From the NCBI GenBank assembly GCA_951406725.2, contig OX597842.1, positions 23,808,001 through 23,872,000 on the forward strand: a DNA stretch of 64,000 nucleotides. The letters are read 5' to 3'. Shown here in pieces: positions 40,877-55,279 of this stretch; the first letter of the stretch is position 1, and each line of letters starts with the position of its first letter. The notes beneath the pieces were generated by a model. It was given only the letters and a program-made list of their open reading frames with translations. It made no database searches and was not told where the DNA came from. The position numbers and the translations under genes were made by a program. This stretch comes from Octopus vulgaris (taxonomy: Eukaryota).

Positions 40877-41285
40877 GGTGCAGGAGTGGCTGTGTGGTAA
40901 GGAGCTTGCTTACCAACCACATGGTTCCAGGTTCTGTCCCACTGCGTGGCATCTTGGGCAAGTGTCTTCTGCTATAGCCCCGGGCCGACCAAAGCTTTGT
41001 GAGTGGATTTGGTAGAAGGAAACTGAAAGAAGCCCGTCGTATATATGTATATATATATTCGTGTGTGTTTATGTGCCTGCGTTTGTCCTCCTAGCATTGC
41101 TTGACAACCGATGCTGGTGTGCTTATATCCCCGTTACTTAGCGGTTCGGCAAAAGAGACCGATAGAATATATACTGGGCTTACAAAAGAATAATTCCCAG
41201 GGTCGAGTTGGAGTTGCTCGATTAAAGGCTGAGCTCCAGCATGGCCGCAGTGAAATGACTGAAACAAGTAAAAGAGTAAAGAGTA
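40877..41285 (+). mobile_element. SINE family B
   Basis: Full-length copy downstream of the intact ZNF gene. Confidence 0.85.
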
Positions 41286-41825
41286 TATAGAGAGAAATGG
41301 ATGGTGATGGAGATGTATGAGGACATACACAAAAGGTAGTGGTGGTGGGGGAATATTAGTGGTACAGAGGATAGAGGGGGATGTTTCATAGAAGTGTGAG
41401 GGGCTTATGAATGTGTGTGTGTTACTATATCCTTGCTTTGAGACTGTGTGATAGTTGTGGGTGTCACTGCCATGCAAGCAATGTCCATCGCCAATCTGAC
41501 ATAAAAACATGTTAGGTCATGGGGAAATATTTTAGTTTGAAACAGGTGAAGGTTGGCAACAGGAAGGACATCTGGACAGTGAAAAATTCACTTCAATAAA
41601 TATCATCTCACCAATGAGAGATTGGCAAATGTGGACATGGAGAACAATGATGACAGATGACTGGTATGGTTTGTCTCTCATGAAGGTTTAAGGAAGTAGT
41701 TACGCTGCTTCTATAAGCAAATGATTTGCCAAATGTTTCAATGATATGGCTTCTCTCATGTATGAAACCATTTGAGACTAGACAAAGTGCTATTTTTGGA
41801 AAATGATTTACCACAGGTATTACAG

Positions 41826-43439
41826 TCATGTGACTTCTTTTGTATGAATGCGTTTGTGCCTAGTCAGGTGACCATTTTGAGAAAATGATTTACCACAGAT
41901 ATCACAGTGATATGGCTTCTCTCCTGTATGAATACGTTTGTGCTGAGTTAATTTACCATTTTCAGAAAATGATTTACCACAGATATCACACCGATAGGGC
42001 TTCTTTGCTGTATGAATATGTTTAGGTTTAGACAAGTGGCCACTATGAGAGAAGGATTTACCACAGATATCACAATGATATGGTTTTTCCCCAGTATGAA
42101 TACGTTTATGGACAGTCAATTCAATTTTTTGAGAAAATGATTTACCACAGATATCACAATGATATGGCTTCTCTCCTGTATGAATGCGTTTGTGCCGAGT
42201 TAAGTGACCATTTACAGAAAATGATTTACCACAAATATCACAATGATATGGTTTATCCCCAGTATGAATACGTTTATGGACAGTCAATTCAATTTTTTGA
42301 GAACATGATTTACCACAGATATCACAATGATATGGCTTCTCTCCTGTATGAATGCGCTTGTGCTGAGTTAAGTGACCATTTTCAGAAAATGATTTACCAC
42401 AGATATCACAATGATATGGCTTCTCTCCTGTATGAATGCGTTTGTGACCAGTCAAGGTACTGGCGTAAGAAAATGATTTACCACAGATATCACAGTGATA
42501 TGGTTTCTCTCCTGTATGAATGCGTTTGTGCTGAGTTAATTTACCATTTTCAGAAAATGATTTACCACAGATATCACAATGATATGGCTTCTCTCCTGTA
42601 TGAATGCGTTTGTGCTGAGTTAAGTTACCATTTTCAGAAAATGATTTACCACAGATATCACAGTGATATGGCTTCTCTCCTGTATGAATGCGTTTGTGCC
42701 TAGTTAAATAACGATATCCAAAGAAGGATTTACCACAGATATCACAGTGATATGACTTCTCTCCTGTATGAATGCGTTTGTGCTGAGTTAAGTTACCATT
42801 ATCAGAAAATGATTTACCACAGATATCACAATGATATGGTTTTTCACCAGTATGAATACGTTTATGGACAGTCAAATCAATTTTTTGAGAAAATGATTTA
42901 CCACATATATCACAGTGATATGGCTTCTCTCCTGTATGAACACGCTTGTGTCGAGTTAAATAACGATATTCAGAGAAGGATTTACCACAGATATCACAGT
43001 GATATGGCTTCTCTCCTGTATGAATGCGTTTGTGCTGAGTTAAGTTACCATTTTCAGAAAATGATTTACCACAGATATCACAATGATATGGTTTTTCCCC
43101 AGTATGAATACGTTTATGGACAGTCAAATCAATTTTTTGAGAAAATGATTTACCACAGATATCACAATGATATGGCTTCTCTCCTGTATGAACACGCTTG
43201 TGCTGAGTTAAGTTACAATTTACAGAAAATGATTTACCACAGATGTCGCAATGATATGGCTTCTCCCCTGTATGAATGCGTTTGTGAATAGTTAAGTTAC
43301 CATTTTGAGAAAATGATTTACCACAGATATCACAATCATATGATGCTTTGCCCTTTTCATTCTTCCCCTCATCAGAAAAATCAATTTCTTCAGATTCTCT
43401 TTTACATTCAACTTCACTCCGATATAATTCATTTTCCAT
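41826..43439 (-). CDS. C2H2 zinc-finger protein, 18 tandem fingers, no KRAB (~537 aa from ATG 43439)
   Basis: Open frame with a short acidic N-terminus (MENELYRSE..) followed by 18 fingers (finger 16 has H->P). Upstream acceptor CTCTTTCATTTCAG at 44014; decayed fingers after the stop. Confidence 0.88.
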   Translation of the reverse strand: MENELYRSEVECKRESEEIDFSDEGKNEKGKASYDCDICGKSFSQNGNLTIHKRIHTGEKPYHCDICGKSFSVNCNLTQHKRVHTGEKPYHCDICGKSFSQKIDLTVHKRIHTGEKPYHCDICGKSFSENGNLTQHKRIHTGEKPYHCDICGKSFSEYRYLTRHKRVHTGEKPYHCDICGKSFSQKIDLTVHKRIHTGEKPYHCDICGKSFSDNGNLTQHKRIHTGEKSYHCDICGKSFFGYRYLTRHKRIHTGEKPYHCDICGKSFSENGNLTQHKRIHTGEKPYHCDICGKSFSENGKLTQHKRIHTGEKPYHCDICGKSFSYASTLTGHKRIHTGEKPYHCDICGKSFSENGHLTQHKRIHTGEKPYHCDICGKSCSQKIELTVHKRIHTGDKPYHCDICGKSFSVNGHLTRHKRIHTGEKPYHCDICGKSFSQKIELTVHKRIHTGEKPYHCDICGKSFSHSGHLSKPKHIHTAKKPYRCDICGKSFSENGKLTQHKRIHTGEKPYHCDICGKSFSQNGHLTRHKRIHTKEVT

Positions 43440-43752
43440 AATTTTCCTTTTTCTCGTCACAGTACACAAAGGTTTTCCTTCTTCTCGTATATTGCTCTTA
43501 CCAAATATTTTTACTGATATATCTCCATCAAAAGTGTTCTTTGTTAATATCTGAAGATGCTGCAAACTGCCTTCTTAATTACCTTAACTCATTAACATTC
43601 AAATTACTGTCAAATGTAATGATTATTTATTCAAATTCTACTCAATTAATCATTCATTATCTTATTGCTTTAAGATTTCAACGATGTGATTCTTTATGTT
43701 TATAAGACATTGCATGGTGAGTGTAAGAGGCCAGATGTGGGCAGTTTTAAGA

Positions 43753-45468
43753 TAAAATAGCTTGAACATGTGGCACTGATATGGCCAGATGAAATGGTGA
43801 AGGATTAATTCAAATACAAATATAATTTTCTGTGTATTCCAGACAATAAAGAAGACAAATTTTGCTACATATATGTCAGAGTTCAGAAGATATATTTTGC
43901 AGTAATTCAGTATATATTTATAGAAACACGGTTATACGTGTTATGAGTAAGACGTTCAATACTAATGATGTAGTTTATATAAAAATCCTGTGATGCTGAG
44001 GTCATTTGATAATCTGAAATGAAAGAGAAACAACAGTGTAAAACATAGAAGATAATTTGGAATTAGAGAGATTAAAACAGTGAAAGTTTTACTACATTTT
44101 CATACAGACATGTCCATAGAGATGCAGGGATGGTTGAGTGGTAAGAATTTTGATTCCCAACTCACAAATCTAATAAGCACACCCATTTTCTTCCTTCATT
44201 TCACTCCTTTCTTGAATTCCCATGATTCCCTGTCACCATCCAATTCCATTAACGTGAATGTGAATTTGAATGCCTGAGACATTGTGAATCTTTCTTTAGC
44301 TGATTACACAACCATGGATACGTTGCAGTTACTCTCTTCATAGAGCCTGGTGATCCTGACCCCTGAACTACAAGGTTCCCTCTGCCCAGCATCAATATAA
44401 GAAGCATTGTTGGTTCAGCTGAGTTCTTCTGCTGCTTCTTCACAAACTGCCATGCTGCAGTCCCAAAGTTCGTCACAGAGTACCCCAGGTTAAAAAATGG
44501 TTAGAAATCACAACCATTCATTTATATTTTATTTGAAAAAAGGGAAAGTGGACCTTGGCGGAATTTGAACTCGGAAACTAATAATAATAATGGTAAATTA
44601 ATTATGTGCAATACTTAATTAACAAATGCTCCACCACCCATACAATGTGACGTGTGTCAGTTATGTGTGGGTAGGAACCCAGCAAATGTATTTCATCATA
44701 TTAAATTCCAATATAATCGTAATATACACAGTCTGGGTACTACTAGCGAACAGTGGTCCCGGTGCGCGCACTCGCGCGAGCTAGTCGTAAGTAGTCGATC
44801 CTACAATTTTTTAAACTAACTAAATAAATTATTTTTATAAACAAACTAAGGTTAGGTTTAGGGTTAAAAAGTCGTTGTAGGATCGACTACTTACGACTAG
44901 CTAGCGCGAGTGCGCGCACCGGGACCACTGTTTGCTAGTAGTACCCACAGTCTGAACAGTATTTGTAGAAAATTTCATGAAAGTAACTTAATTTTCCTCG
45001 TTTCATCAGGTTTAGAATATTATTTACGATGGGTAAAATCTAAACAAATTTTGAATTTCCAAAGATATGCGACAATAAAAGGTTTTGTACAAAGAGAAAA
45101 CGAACTTAAATCTAAAAAATAAGACGAAATTATTACTTTACTCACGATTAAATCTAAATCGTTATCTTCGAAGGAGTCTTTTTTCCTGCAGTTTTGATAC
45201 AAAAGCAGAAATTCATCGAGAAAAGGGATCAAAGAACTTCTCAGACACAAGAAGCGATCCTGAGAAAAAAATACCGTTAAAAATGGGGTGTGTATAAAAC
45301 ATGAATTAGTTTGTTTAGAATACCGAAACGAAATTGTAGTATTGTATCAAACTTAATGGCAATTTTCTTTTTGTTCTGAGCTGAAATTCGGCCGATGTTA
45401 ATTTTATCTTTCATAGCTTCGGAATCAATAAAATAAAGATTCAGACAAAAACAGAAGTCGATGGTAGT
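43753..45468. repeat. left arm of ~1.7-kb inverted duplication (ZNF 5' region)
   Basis: Reverse complement of 51256-52945, including the MITE and an identical 75-aa spurious ORF. Confidence 0.9.
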
Positions 45469-45745
45469 CCAACCAGCGTATCAAGTGAAGCCTAGGAGGT
45501 CTCTACATATGCTAGAAATGGCAGCCAAATCTCTTCAATTTACACGCAAACGAGAATTGCGGTGGTGAAATATCGCAGATTCAGTTTTAGGGTTTTTTTT
45601 TTTTTTTGGTACCTTTTTTACAAACCTGTTCCAACATTTCACGGGATTCTTTTTATTAAAACTTCGATCGTTGTATGCCTAGTCGTCATAATGTTGCCAC
45701 CATGCACAAAATGCCAACTTCTCTGATTGAGTAAAAATGCCCTTC

Positions 45746-46243
45746 TACTCTTTTACTTGTTTCAGTCATTTGACTGTGGCCATGCTGGAGCACCACCTTT
45801 AGTCGAGCAAATCGACCCCAGGACTTAATCTTTGGAAGCCTAGTACTTTATACTATCGTTCACTTTTGCCGAACTGCTAGGTTACGGGGACGTAAACACA
45901 CACATACATATATATATATATCATCATTATCATCGTTTAACGTCTGCTTTCCATGCTAGTATGGGTTGGACGGTTTTGACTGAGGTCTGGCGAACCAGAT
46001 GGCTGCACCATCTTGATTTGGCAGAGTTTCTACAGCTGGATGCCCTTCCTAACACCAACCATTCCAAGAGTGTAGTGGGTGCTTTTTACGTGCCAGGGCG
46101 TCTTTCAGTTTCCGTCTACCAAATCCACTCCCAAGATTTTGGTCAGCCTACTCCTGAAGTAGAAGGGGGCCATGCAAGGGGACTGAACCCTGAACCTGTG
46201 TGGTTAGGAAGCAAGCTTCTTACCACACAGTCACGTCAATGCC
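45746..46243 (-). mobile_element. composite SINE-B with RTE 3' tail
   Basis: SINE-B tail 45746-45900, RTE tail 45921-46096, SINE-B head 46100-46243. Confidence 0.7.
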
Positions 46244-46553
46244 TATAATGAAGTATTTCCATTTATGGTTTGCGTATCTATTTCTAGCATAACAACCTAT
46301 GAGGTAATGCAATCACTGAAGCATGAAAAGACATTCCTCATCTCTCATACACACAACTGGACAAACATTGACAGTATTTTTTTATTCATATCTTACATGG
46401 AATATATATGTTACGGAGATGTACTTGCATAGCAAGTGACCTGATCTGAGATCGTGTGGTGGAACGAAAAACAATTGCAGCATGGAAGGTGCTTATAAGC
46501 CATTAAAAAGACACACAAAAGCCGTTCGATTCACTTCAACATTTAAATTTAAT

Positions 46554-46602
46554 TTGTCAAAATATTTCCGTCGCTTTCAGACCGCGACCTTTTCACTGAC
46601 AA
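46554..46602 (-). ncRNA. degenerate hammerhead-like motif in a Penelope-like repeat
   Basis: Minus strand TTGTCA-GTGAAAA-gGTCGC(ggtctgaaa)GCGACg-GAAA-TA-TT-T-TGACAA; stems intact, core deviates from CUGANGA. Confidence 0.4.
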
Positions 46603-47274
46603 AATTCTGAATATTATGAAAAAACAGCTTTTATTAAAAATATCAGAATTGATGAGGATATATAAAAATATAGTGTTAGCAACTTGTTATCACATGCTGT
46701 TATATCTTCTTTATTGTGAGGATATATTTATTGTTGTTGTTGTTTGTTTGTTCTTTCTCGAGCCATGCCTAGATCATAAGGGCCGGTTTCCTGGCATATA
46801 GGTTCACCACCTGGATGGGACGCCGGTCCGTCGCAGGTGAGTTGCAAGATGCAGGAGGAAAGAGTGAGAGAAAGTTGTAGCAAAAGAGTCAGCAGAAGTT
46901 CGTCATTACCTTCTGCCTGAACCGAGCGGAGCTTAGGTGTTTCACTCATAAACACACACATTGTCCAATCTGAGATTCGAACCCGTGATCGCTCAACCGT
47001 GAGTCAGCTGCTCTAACCACTAGGCCATGTGCCTCCACATACATTTATTGTTAAATAAGATATTCCTTTCAACAAATGACTTTTGATATTGATACAGTCA
47101 CTCTTCTCTCTGATGAGAAATATATCTGTAGTTAATTGTCTTTTTTCAGAGAAGGATATACCACAGAATCAGTTACATGGTTTCCCTTCCATATCAATGT
47201 GTGTCTGTGTTTATCTAAGAGATTTATTTGAGAGAACCATTCACCACAGATATCACAATGACATGGTTTCTCTC

Positions 47275-49549
47275 CTAATGAATGCGTCTGTGAGTGGTCA
47301 AGTGATCTATTTCAGAGAATGATTCACCACAGGTGTCACAATGATGTGATTTCATTCCTGAATGAATACCTTTGTGTTTATTTAAATGTCCCTTTTGAGT
47401 AAATGATCTACCACAGATATCACACTGATATGGTCTCTCACCTGTATGAATACGTTTGTGATTAGTTAAGTAGGCTTTTAAAGAGAATGATTTACCACAG
47501 ATATCACAGTGGTAAGGTTTCTCACCTGTATGGACAAATCTGTGAGTGGATAAGTCACCACTTCGAGAGAATGATTTACTACAGATATCACAGTGATATG
47601 GTTTTTCTCCTGTATGAATACGTTTGTGCTGAGTCAAATTACTCCTTTGAGAGACTGATTTACCACAAATATCACAATGATGTGGCTTCTCTCCTGTATG
47701 AGTAAGTTTGTGTTTACTTAAATGTTCCTTTTGGGAAAATGATTTCTCACAAGTATCGCAATGATATCGTTTCTCTCCTGTGTGAATACGTTTGTGTTTA
47801 GCTAAGTTAACTTTCACGGAGAATGATTTATCACAGATATCACACTGAAAAGGTTTCTCTCCTGTATGAACAAGTTTGTGAATAGCTAATTCAGACCCTT
47901 GAGAGAATGATTTACCACAGATATCACAGTGATATGGTTTCTCTCCTGTATGGGCACGTTTGTGTACAGTTATAGAACTTCTGTGAGCAAATGATTTACC
48001 ACAGATATCACAGTGATGTGGTTTCTCACCTGTATGGGTAAGTTTGTGATGAGTTAAATTAGATTTGCAAGAGAAAGATTTATCACAGTTGTCACACTGA
48101 TAAGGCTTCTCACCTGTATGAATACGTTTATGGGTGTATAAATAACTTTTGCGAGAGAATGATTTACTGCATATATCACAGTGATACGCTTTCTCACCTG
48201 TATGAATGCGTTTGTGAAGAGTAACTTTACCACTCTGAGAGAATGATTTACCACAGACATCACAGCGATATAGTTTCAATCCTGTATGAGTCTGTTTGTG
48301 TAGAGTTAGAGTATTTTTATGAGAGAATGATTTACCACAGGTATCACAGTGATATAATTTCTCACCTGTATGAGTGCGTCTGTGAATAGTTAAATTAGTT
48401 TTGTAAGAGAAAGATTTACCACAGGTATCACAATGATATGGTTTCTCTCCTGTATGAATACGTTTGTGAAGAGTAACTTTACTACTTTGAGAGAATAATT
48501 TACCACAGATATCACAGTGATATAGTTTCAATCCTGAATGAACATGTTTGTGTACAGCTATGGTACTTCTGTGAGGGAATGATTTACCACAGATATCACA
48601 GTGATATAGTTTCAATCCCGAATGAACGTTTGTGTACAGCTTTGGTACTTCTGTGAGAGAATGATTTACCACAGATATCACAGTGATATGGTTGCTCTCC
48701 TGTATGAATATGTTTGTGAGCGGTTAAGTGGTGACTACGACTGAATGATTTACCACAGATATCACAGTGATATGGTCTCTCTCCTGTATGAATACGTTTG
48801 TGTGCAATTAAGAGATCATTACGAGAGAATGATTTACCACAAATATCACAATGGTATTTTCTCTCACCTGTATGAGTAGGTTTGTGGTTAGATAAGGTAT
48901 TTTTGTGAGTAAAAGATTTACCACAGATATGATATGGTTTCTCACCTGTGTGGATGCGTTTGTGTGCACTTAGATGGGGCTTTTGAGAGAAAGATTTTCC
49001 ACAGACATCACAGTGATATGGCTTCTCACCTGTATGGATATGCATGTGAATAGCTAAAATAGATTTTTGAGAGAATGATTTACCACAGATATTACAGTGG
49101 TATGGCTTCTCACCTGTATGAACACGTCTGTGTTCAGTTATGGTATTCCTGTGAGGAAATGATTTTCCACAAATATCACAATGATATGGTGTCTCACCTG
49201 TATGAATGCGTTTGTGAGCAGTTAAGGTATTATTTCTAGAGAATGATTCACCACATATGTCACAATGGTATGGTTTCTCTCCTATATGAATATTTTTATG
49301 AACATTTAAGGTATTTACCAGAGAGAAATATTTACCACAGACATCGCAATGATGTGGTTTCTCACCTGTATGAACATGCTTGTGATTTGTCAAGGTATTC
49401 CTTTGAGAGAAAGATTTACCACAGATATCACAGTGATAGGGCTTCTCACCTGTATGAATGCGTTTATGAATAGCCAATGCATTATTTGCAGAGAATGATT
49501 TACCACAGATATCACAGTCGTATACAGATTTTCCTCTTTCTTTTGGCAT
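47275..49549 (-). pseudogene. C2H2 zinc-finger gene, ~27 fingers, single frameshift near 48625
   Basis: ORF 48596-49591 (ATG 49549, MPKERGK, 11 fingers) and ORF 47275-48681 (16 fingers); 2-nt loss relative to the adjacent finger; acceptor at 49978. The frameshift could be an assembly error. Confidence 0.8.
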
Positions 49550-51255
49550 CTCTGCAGCTAAAACTAACAAAACTCCAAGATTCTCACACAATTCCTCTTT
49601 CTGTAATTTCTTTCTTCAACAAAATTGTCTGGAAATTTCCTTTCTTCTTGTTTCTATATTTTATTCCTAACAAATGTTACAACTGCCATATTTTTATCAA
49701 ATATAAGCTTTACTGATATCTTAAGATGTTGCAAATGTCTTTTTAAATTTATCCAAGTTTATTCAGAATTCAAATTTAGGTTTTACCAATTTCAGAGTAA
49801 ATCCAAGAAATTTCACCAATAATGTCACCCAGAGGAAATATTTTACTGAAATTCACTGTTAATTTACATAAACAGGGTTCTTATATCCAGTTCTGTGTAA
49901 CATCATCTTCAAAATATGATAAACATTGATGACGCTTCTGCAGTAAAATTCCTCTGAATCCAATGTCCTCTGATATTCTGAAATAAGAGAGAAACAACAG
50001 TTTAAGACAGAGTGTAGCTTTGGTTATGACAAAGGCTTGGTGTTCATTTATATACGACATTTACTGCTACATTTTTTTTAAACAAGGCTTCATGAAAACA
50101 CAGACTCAATCTTATATGAACATTGTATTTGAGAGGAATTGAAGGCCTTCAACAGATAACATTGTGTAACACAGTTTTTGTCCTTGGGTAGCAATTGCTA
50201 TTTCCTACTTGCTAAACGTATCTTTTTATGTGTTCAGTAAGTTAACGGAAAGAAACAGGGATCTTTTCGATTTGACTGGCAGTTTTTTAAAAATAACAGC
50301 AGGGAATGGAAAAATAGGGCGGGAATTGCTAGGGGGAAATAACTCTACATTTAAAGAGCTCTTTATTCACACTTAAGATTATTTAGAGGTCAGTCGGTGT
50401 ACCAGTTATACGCGGTAAGACGGGTTTAGGAGTTAATCATTTTTATATCCGTGACAAACGTTGGTTTATAATTTGATGAAGTGGGGGTACAATTAATGTA
50501 TTTTTCTTTACTACCCACAAGGGGCTAAACACAGAGGAGACAAACAAGAACAGACGAACGGATTCAGTCGATGGTATCGACCCTAGTGCGTAAATGGTAC
50601 TTATTTAATCTATTGCTTTTCAATCTGTTTTCTGCTTAGGGTGGGAGAAAGGGTATTTCTTTTTTCTTCAGAAATATAAATAAACCCAATCTGTTACTTA
50701 AACGAGGGACATATTCATATGGTACATAATGTTTTCACCTCAATAGACGTCATTGATTGGTCGAAATTGCAGAAAAACAACAACAAATATCTTACAAACC
50801 ATAGAATTTTCTCAATAAAGCTAAGAGAAAAAGATGTTTCATAAACACATTCTACCAGTATACGAAGTTTAAAAGTGTTTAGTTACCTAGAAACTATGTT
50901 ACAAAGTGCCGTTCAAAAGGAAAAGATCCCTAGATTCTGACCCCATGTATATCTGTCTAGTGCTTGACTGTTGTTTAACACGACCTGTCTCACCGTCGCC
51001 TTCTTCATCAGTTGCATGTATGTTCCACCCGACTAAATTGGTCGGTGAAACTAAAAAGTGTAATGGAAATAGCTGGTGGAAAAAAATTTAGGTTCGTTAA
51101 TTTTTCATTTAATTAATAGAAAAAAGGTTGTAAAAGAAGACTAAATTTAACTTTTTTTCCATTACACTCAAGCAAAAAATAATTTTTGAATTTCTTTCTC
51201 TTTTACATTTTCTAAATACCAGTATTTTCTAAATATCAGTGGGAGATAGATTAAT

Positions 51256-52945
51256 AACTATCATCGACTTACGTTTTTGACAGAATTTTTATTTTTATTT
51301 ATTCCGAAGATATGAAAGGTAAAATTAACATCGGCCGAATTTAAGCTAAAAAACAAAATAGAAAAAAAATAATGTTTGGCCTAAATAATTGCCGTTAAGT
51401 TTCGTACAATATTAATATTTCGTTTCGGTATTCAAAACAAACCAATTCATGTTTTATACTTACCCCATATTTAAAGGTATTTTTTTCTCAGGATCGTTTC
51501 TGGTGTCTGAGAAGTTCTTTGATCCCTTTCCTGAAATTAGCGACTTTTCTGGATGAATTTCTGCTTTTGTATCAAAACTGCAGCGAAAAGGACTCCTTCG
51601 AAGATAACGATTTAAATTTAATCGTGAGTAAAGTAATAATTCCGTCTTATTTTTTATATTTAAGTTCGTTTTCTCTTTGTACAAAACCTTTTATTGTCGC
51701 AAATCTTTGGAAATTCAAAATTTGTTTAGATTTTACCCATCGTAAATAATATTCTAAACCTGATGAAACGAGGGAAATTAAGTTACTTTCATGAAATATT
51801 CTACAAATGCTGTTCAGACTGTGGGTACTACTAGCGAACTTGCGCTAGCTAGTCGTAAGTAGTCGATCCTACAACGACCTTTTAAAAATAATTTATTTAC
51901 TTGGTTTAAATTATTGTAGGATCGACTACTTACGACTAGCTCGCGCGAGTGCGCGCACCGGGACCACTGTTCGCTAGTAGTACCCAGACTATGTATATTA
52001 CGATTATATTGGAATTTAATATGATGAAATACATTTGCTGGGTTCCTACCCACACATAACTGACACACGTCACATTGTATGGGTGGTGGAGCATTTGTTA
52101 ATTAATAATATTATTATTAGTTTCCGAGTTCAAATTCCGCCAAGGTCCACTTTATATTTTCGAAATAAAATTTAAATGAACGGTTGTGATTTCTAACCAT
52201 TTTTTCGCCTGGGGTACTCTGTGACGAACTTTGGGACTGCAGCATGGCAGTTTGTGAAGAAGCAGCAGAAGAACTCAGCTGAACCAACAATGCTTCTTAT
52301 ATTGATGCTGGGCAGAGGGAACCCTGTAGTTCAGGGGTCAGGATCACCAGGCTCTATGAAGAGAGTAACTGCAACGTATCCATGGTTGTGTAATCAGCTA
52401 AAGAAAGATTCACAATGTCTCAGGCATTCAAATTCACATTCACGTTAATGGAATTGGATGGTGACAGGGAATCATGGGAATTCAAGAAAGGAGTGAAATG
52501 AAGGAAGAAAATGGGTGTGCTTATTAGATTTGTGTGTTGGGAATCAAAATTCTTACCACACAACCATCCCTGCACCTCTATGGACATGTCTATATAAAAA
52601 TGTAGTAAAACTTTCACTGTTTTAATCTCTCTAATTCCTAATTATCTTGTATGTTTTACACTGTTGTTTCTCTTTCGTTTCAGATTATCAAATGACCTCA
52701 GCATCACAGGATTTTAATATAAGCTACATCATTAGTATTGAACGTCTTACTCATAACACGTATAACCCTGTTTCTATAAATATATACTGAATTACTGCAA
52801 AATATATCTTCTGAACTCTGACATATATGTAGCAAAATTTGTCTTCTTTATTGTCTGGAATACACAGAAAATTATATTTGTATTTGAATTAATCCTTTAA
52901 CATTTGAACTGGGCATACCATTCCCAAATATTCTGCATATTTTAT
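51256..52945 (+). repeat. right arm of inverted duplication: 5' region of a plus-strand ZNF copy truncated by the gap
   Basis: Acceptor CTCTTTCGTTTCAG|ATTATC at 52683 and the start of the large ZNF exon 5' UTR run into the N gap. Confidence 0.8.
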
Positions 52946-53045
52946 NNNNNNNNNNNNNNNNNNNNNNNNNNNNNNNNNNNNNNNNNNNNNNNNNNNNNNN
53001 NNNNNNNNNNNNNNNNNNNNNNNNNNNNNNNNNNNNNNNNNNNNN
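52946..53045. other. assembly gap (100 N)
   Basis: Run of n. Confidence 1.
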
Positions 53046-55279
53046 GTTTTAACTAAACCTACCATAAAAATAAAAGGACTAAATATCGTGATGATAACGA
53101 TTGAGTATTTAATTTTTATATTAAAGTAATGTAATATTTCGTCTTCATTTTTGTATAGAATTTTAAGTATGCAGTTCATTTTCTTTCTTCTACCCAATGC
53201 CTTTATATTGCTAAAGAACTCTTATATGTTATATATACAGATTGACATTTGGTGGTGAAGCGAGCGTTCACTGCAACAAGCTTGCTGAAAAGAATTGATT
53301 GGGTTAGACTATCCAGTCATCCAGTCTATTCAGTAAATGTGGTATTCTAAAGTGTGCTAGCTGCTGTTTTGTGCTCCCCAAGTATGGCCTCCTAGTAGCA
53401 TACACTTTCACTTTTAGTATGCTCTACAAATAACGTTCAGATACTGTTGTGATATTTATTTACTTGGTGACGGAAACCGAATAAGTCTTATATCTTTAGT
53501 TCCTAGCTACGCTGGAGCGCATGCGTCCTGTCTCGCTATAGTCGACCCAGCTTTGTGTATCAGAATTACTGCCAAATATTCTGGGTCTCTCCCAAGCATG
53601 AGAGAATATATATATATATTATTTATTTAATTAAGTATATACCCTAGGTATATTTGTATGTATGTATTTTAGTTTCTGTGTTTGTAGCATTGCTTGAAGC
53701 CGAGTGTGTGTTTATGCACCGTCCTCTTTCCAGCATAGAGACTAGAATAAGTACTAGGCTTACAAAGAATAAGTCCTGGGGTTGGATTCTTGACTAATGG
53801 CAGTGCTCCAGCATGGCCAGTTTGCGGAAACAAGTAAAGAATAGAATATATTACATATTAAACTGCACTTGTAGAGGAAAGCATTTGCTAACTGATGAAT
53901 GATATTACATATATTATGTATGTATATATATAAATATTAGTTGACAATTTATAGTTCAAAACGGGCGACATTGAACAAGGGAATTTTAGTCGGAAAATGA
54001 AAAGGTTTTTTTTATTATTTTCGCCTGTTTTAACATGTAAAGCGAATTTGTGAAATTTTTCAGCATGCTGGAGGGGATTGATTAGAAAGAATAAAACCAC
54101 AAGGTTGTTTATGAAGACCAGTCCCTCACATTTTGCTCTCACACTGGGTCAGATTATCAAAGGGGCCAGAAGCATAGGATTGCACCTGTACGTATCATTT
54201 TGTAATGTGAAGTGCCCACATTTTACAGCCACTCTCATTATACTTGGTAATTTGCCGAATCTGCACTTAGTCGCACAAATCGAGGACTATTCTTGGGAAG
54301 CTCAGACTTATATGGTTGCCAAATCCTAATGACACCAGGGTTGTCATGCTGGGGGATAACAAACATACACCCACATATATATATATATCATAAAATTAAC
54401 AATGGCTCTTCACTCGTACCTAAACCACGCACAAGGCTTTGGTCGGCTCGAGGATAGCAGAAGACACTTCAAGGTGCCACGCAGGACTGAAAACCCGGTA
54501 ATCATGTTGGTTAGCAACTTACCACACATGTCTCCTGCGCCACACAATTATACATAGTTCTGCAGATTCAGCGTCCTTATTGTGACTGCAGGCCCCTTTA
54601 AATAGGACAACACACAGGAAGAAAGTGTGAGAGAAAAATTTGTCAAAAGATATAAACATTTGAGTTGTGGAGTTTGAACAGAATCTCAGCATATCTCTAT
54701 CGAAAAAGCCACGTCTGTGGTAAACTACATTGTCATCCTACAGAAAGAAATCAAAGAAAAAAATAGAGATGATTGTGAACAAACAAAAATATATGAATCT
54801 GTTCTCAAAATGAATAATCTGAATATAAACATATAAATATTACATTATAGATATTAAAGATCTTTTAATGCATCTATTCATTTTGAACAATAAATTGGAA
54901 ATATTAATAATTTTCCGCTGCTGGTCTGTATGAACACTTGTTTAAATGAATATACGGCATAATTGAAGTGTCCTACTATAGTCACCTGACCAAATTGAGT
55001 GGATTTGGCAGAAATGCTGTCGTATATATGTGTATATTATATATAAATATTATATAAATATTATATATATATGTGTGGATAGCCTGCTTACCAACCACAT
55101 GGTTCCAGGTTCAGACTGCGTGGCACTGGCATGTCTTCTATATCTCGGGCCGACCAATGCCTTGTGATATAACTGAAAGAAGTCTGTCATATGTATATAT
55201 ATGTATGTGTGTGTGTAGTGTCTGTGTTTGTTCAGCATACAATATGCTGGTGTGTTTATGTCCCTGTTACTAGTGGTGC

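Noticed and set aside
42080-43291. Plus-strand repetitive ORFs ([10 protein letters not shown]..), also at 47487, 49243 and 60297
   Set aside because: Antisense shadows of the zinc-finger arrays.
41826-43340. 84-bp periodic array with constant and variable parts resembling CRISPR
   Set aside because: It is the 28-codon C2H2 repeat; eukaryotic context and no cas genes.
44249-44476. 75-aa ORF identical to 52221-52448
   Set aside because: Identity is explained by the recent inverted duplication; GTG start and no recognisable domain.
51755-51790. CTGATGA...GAAA hammerhead-like core (also ~44990 minus)
   Set aside because: No stem I or stem II pairing found.
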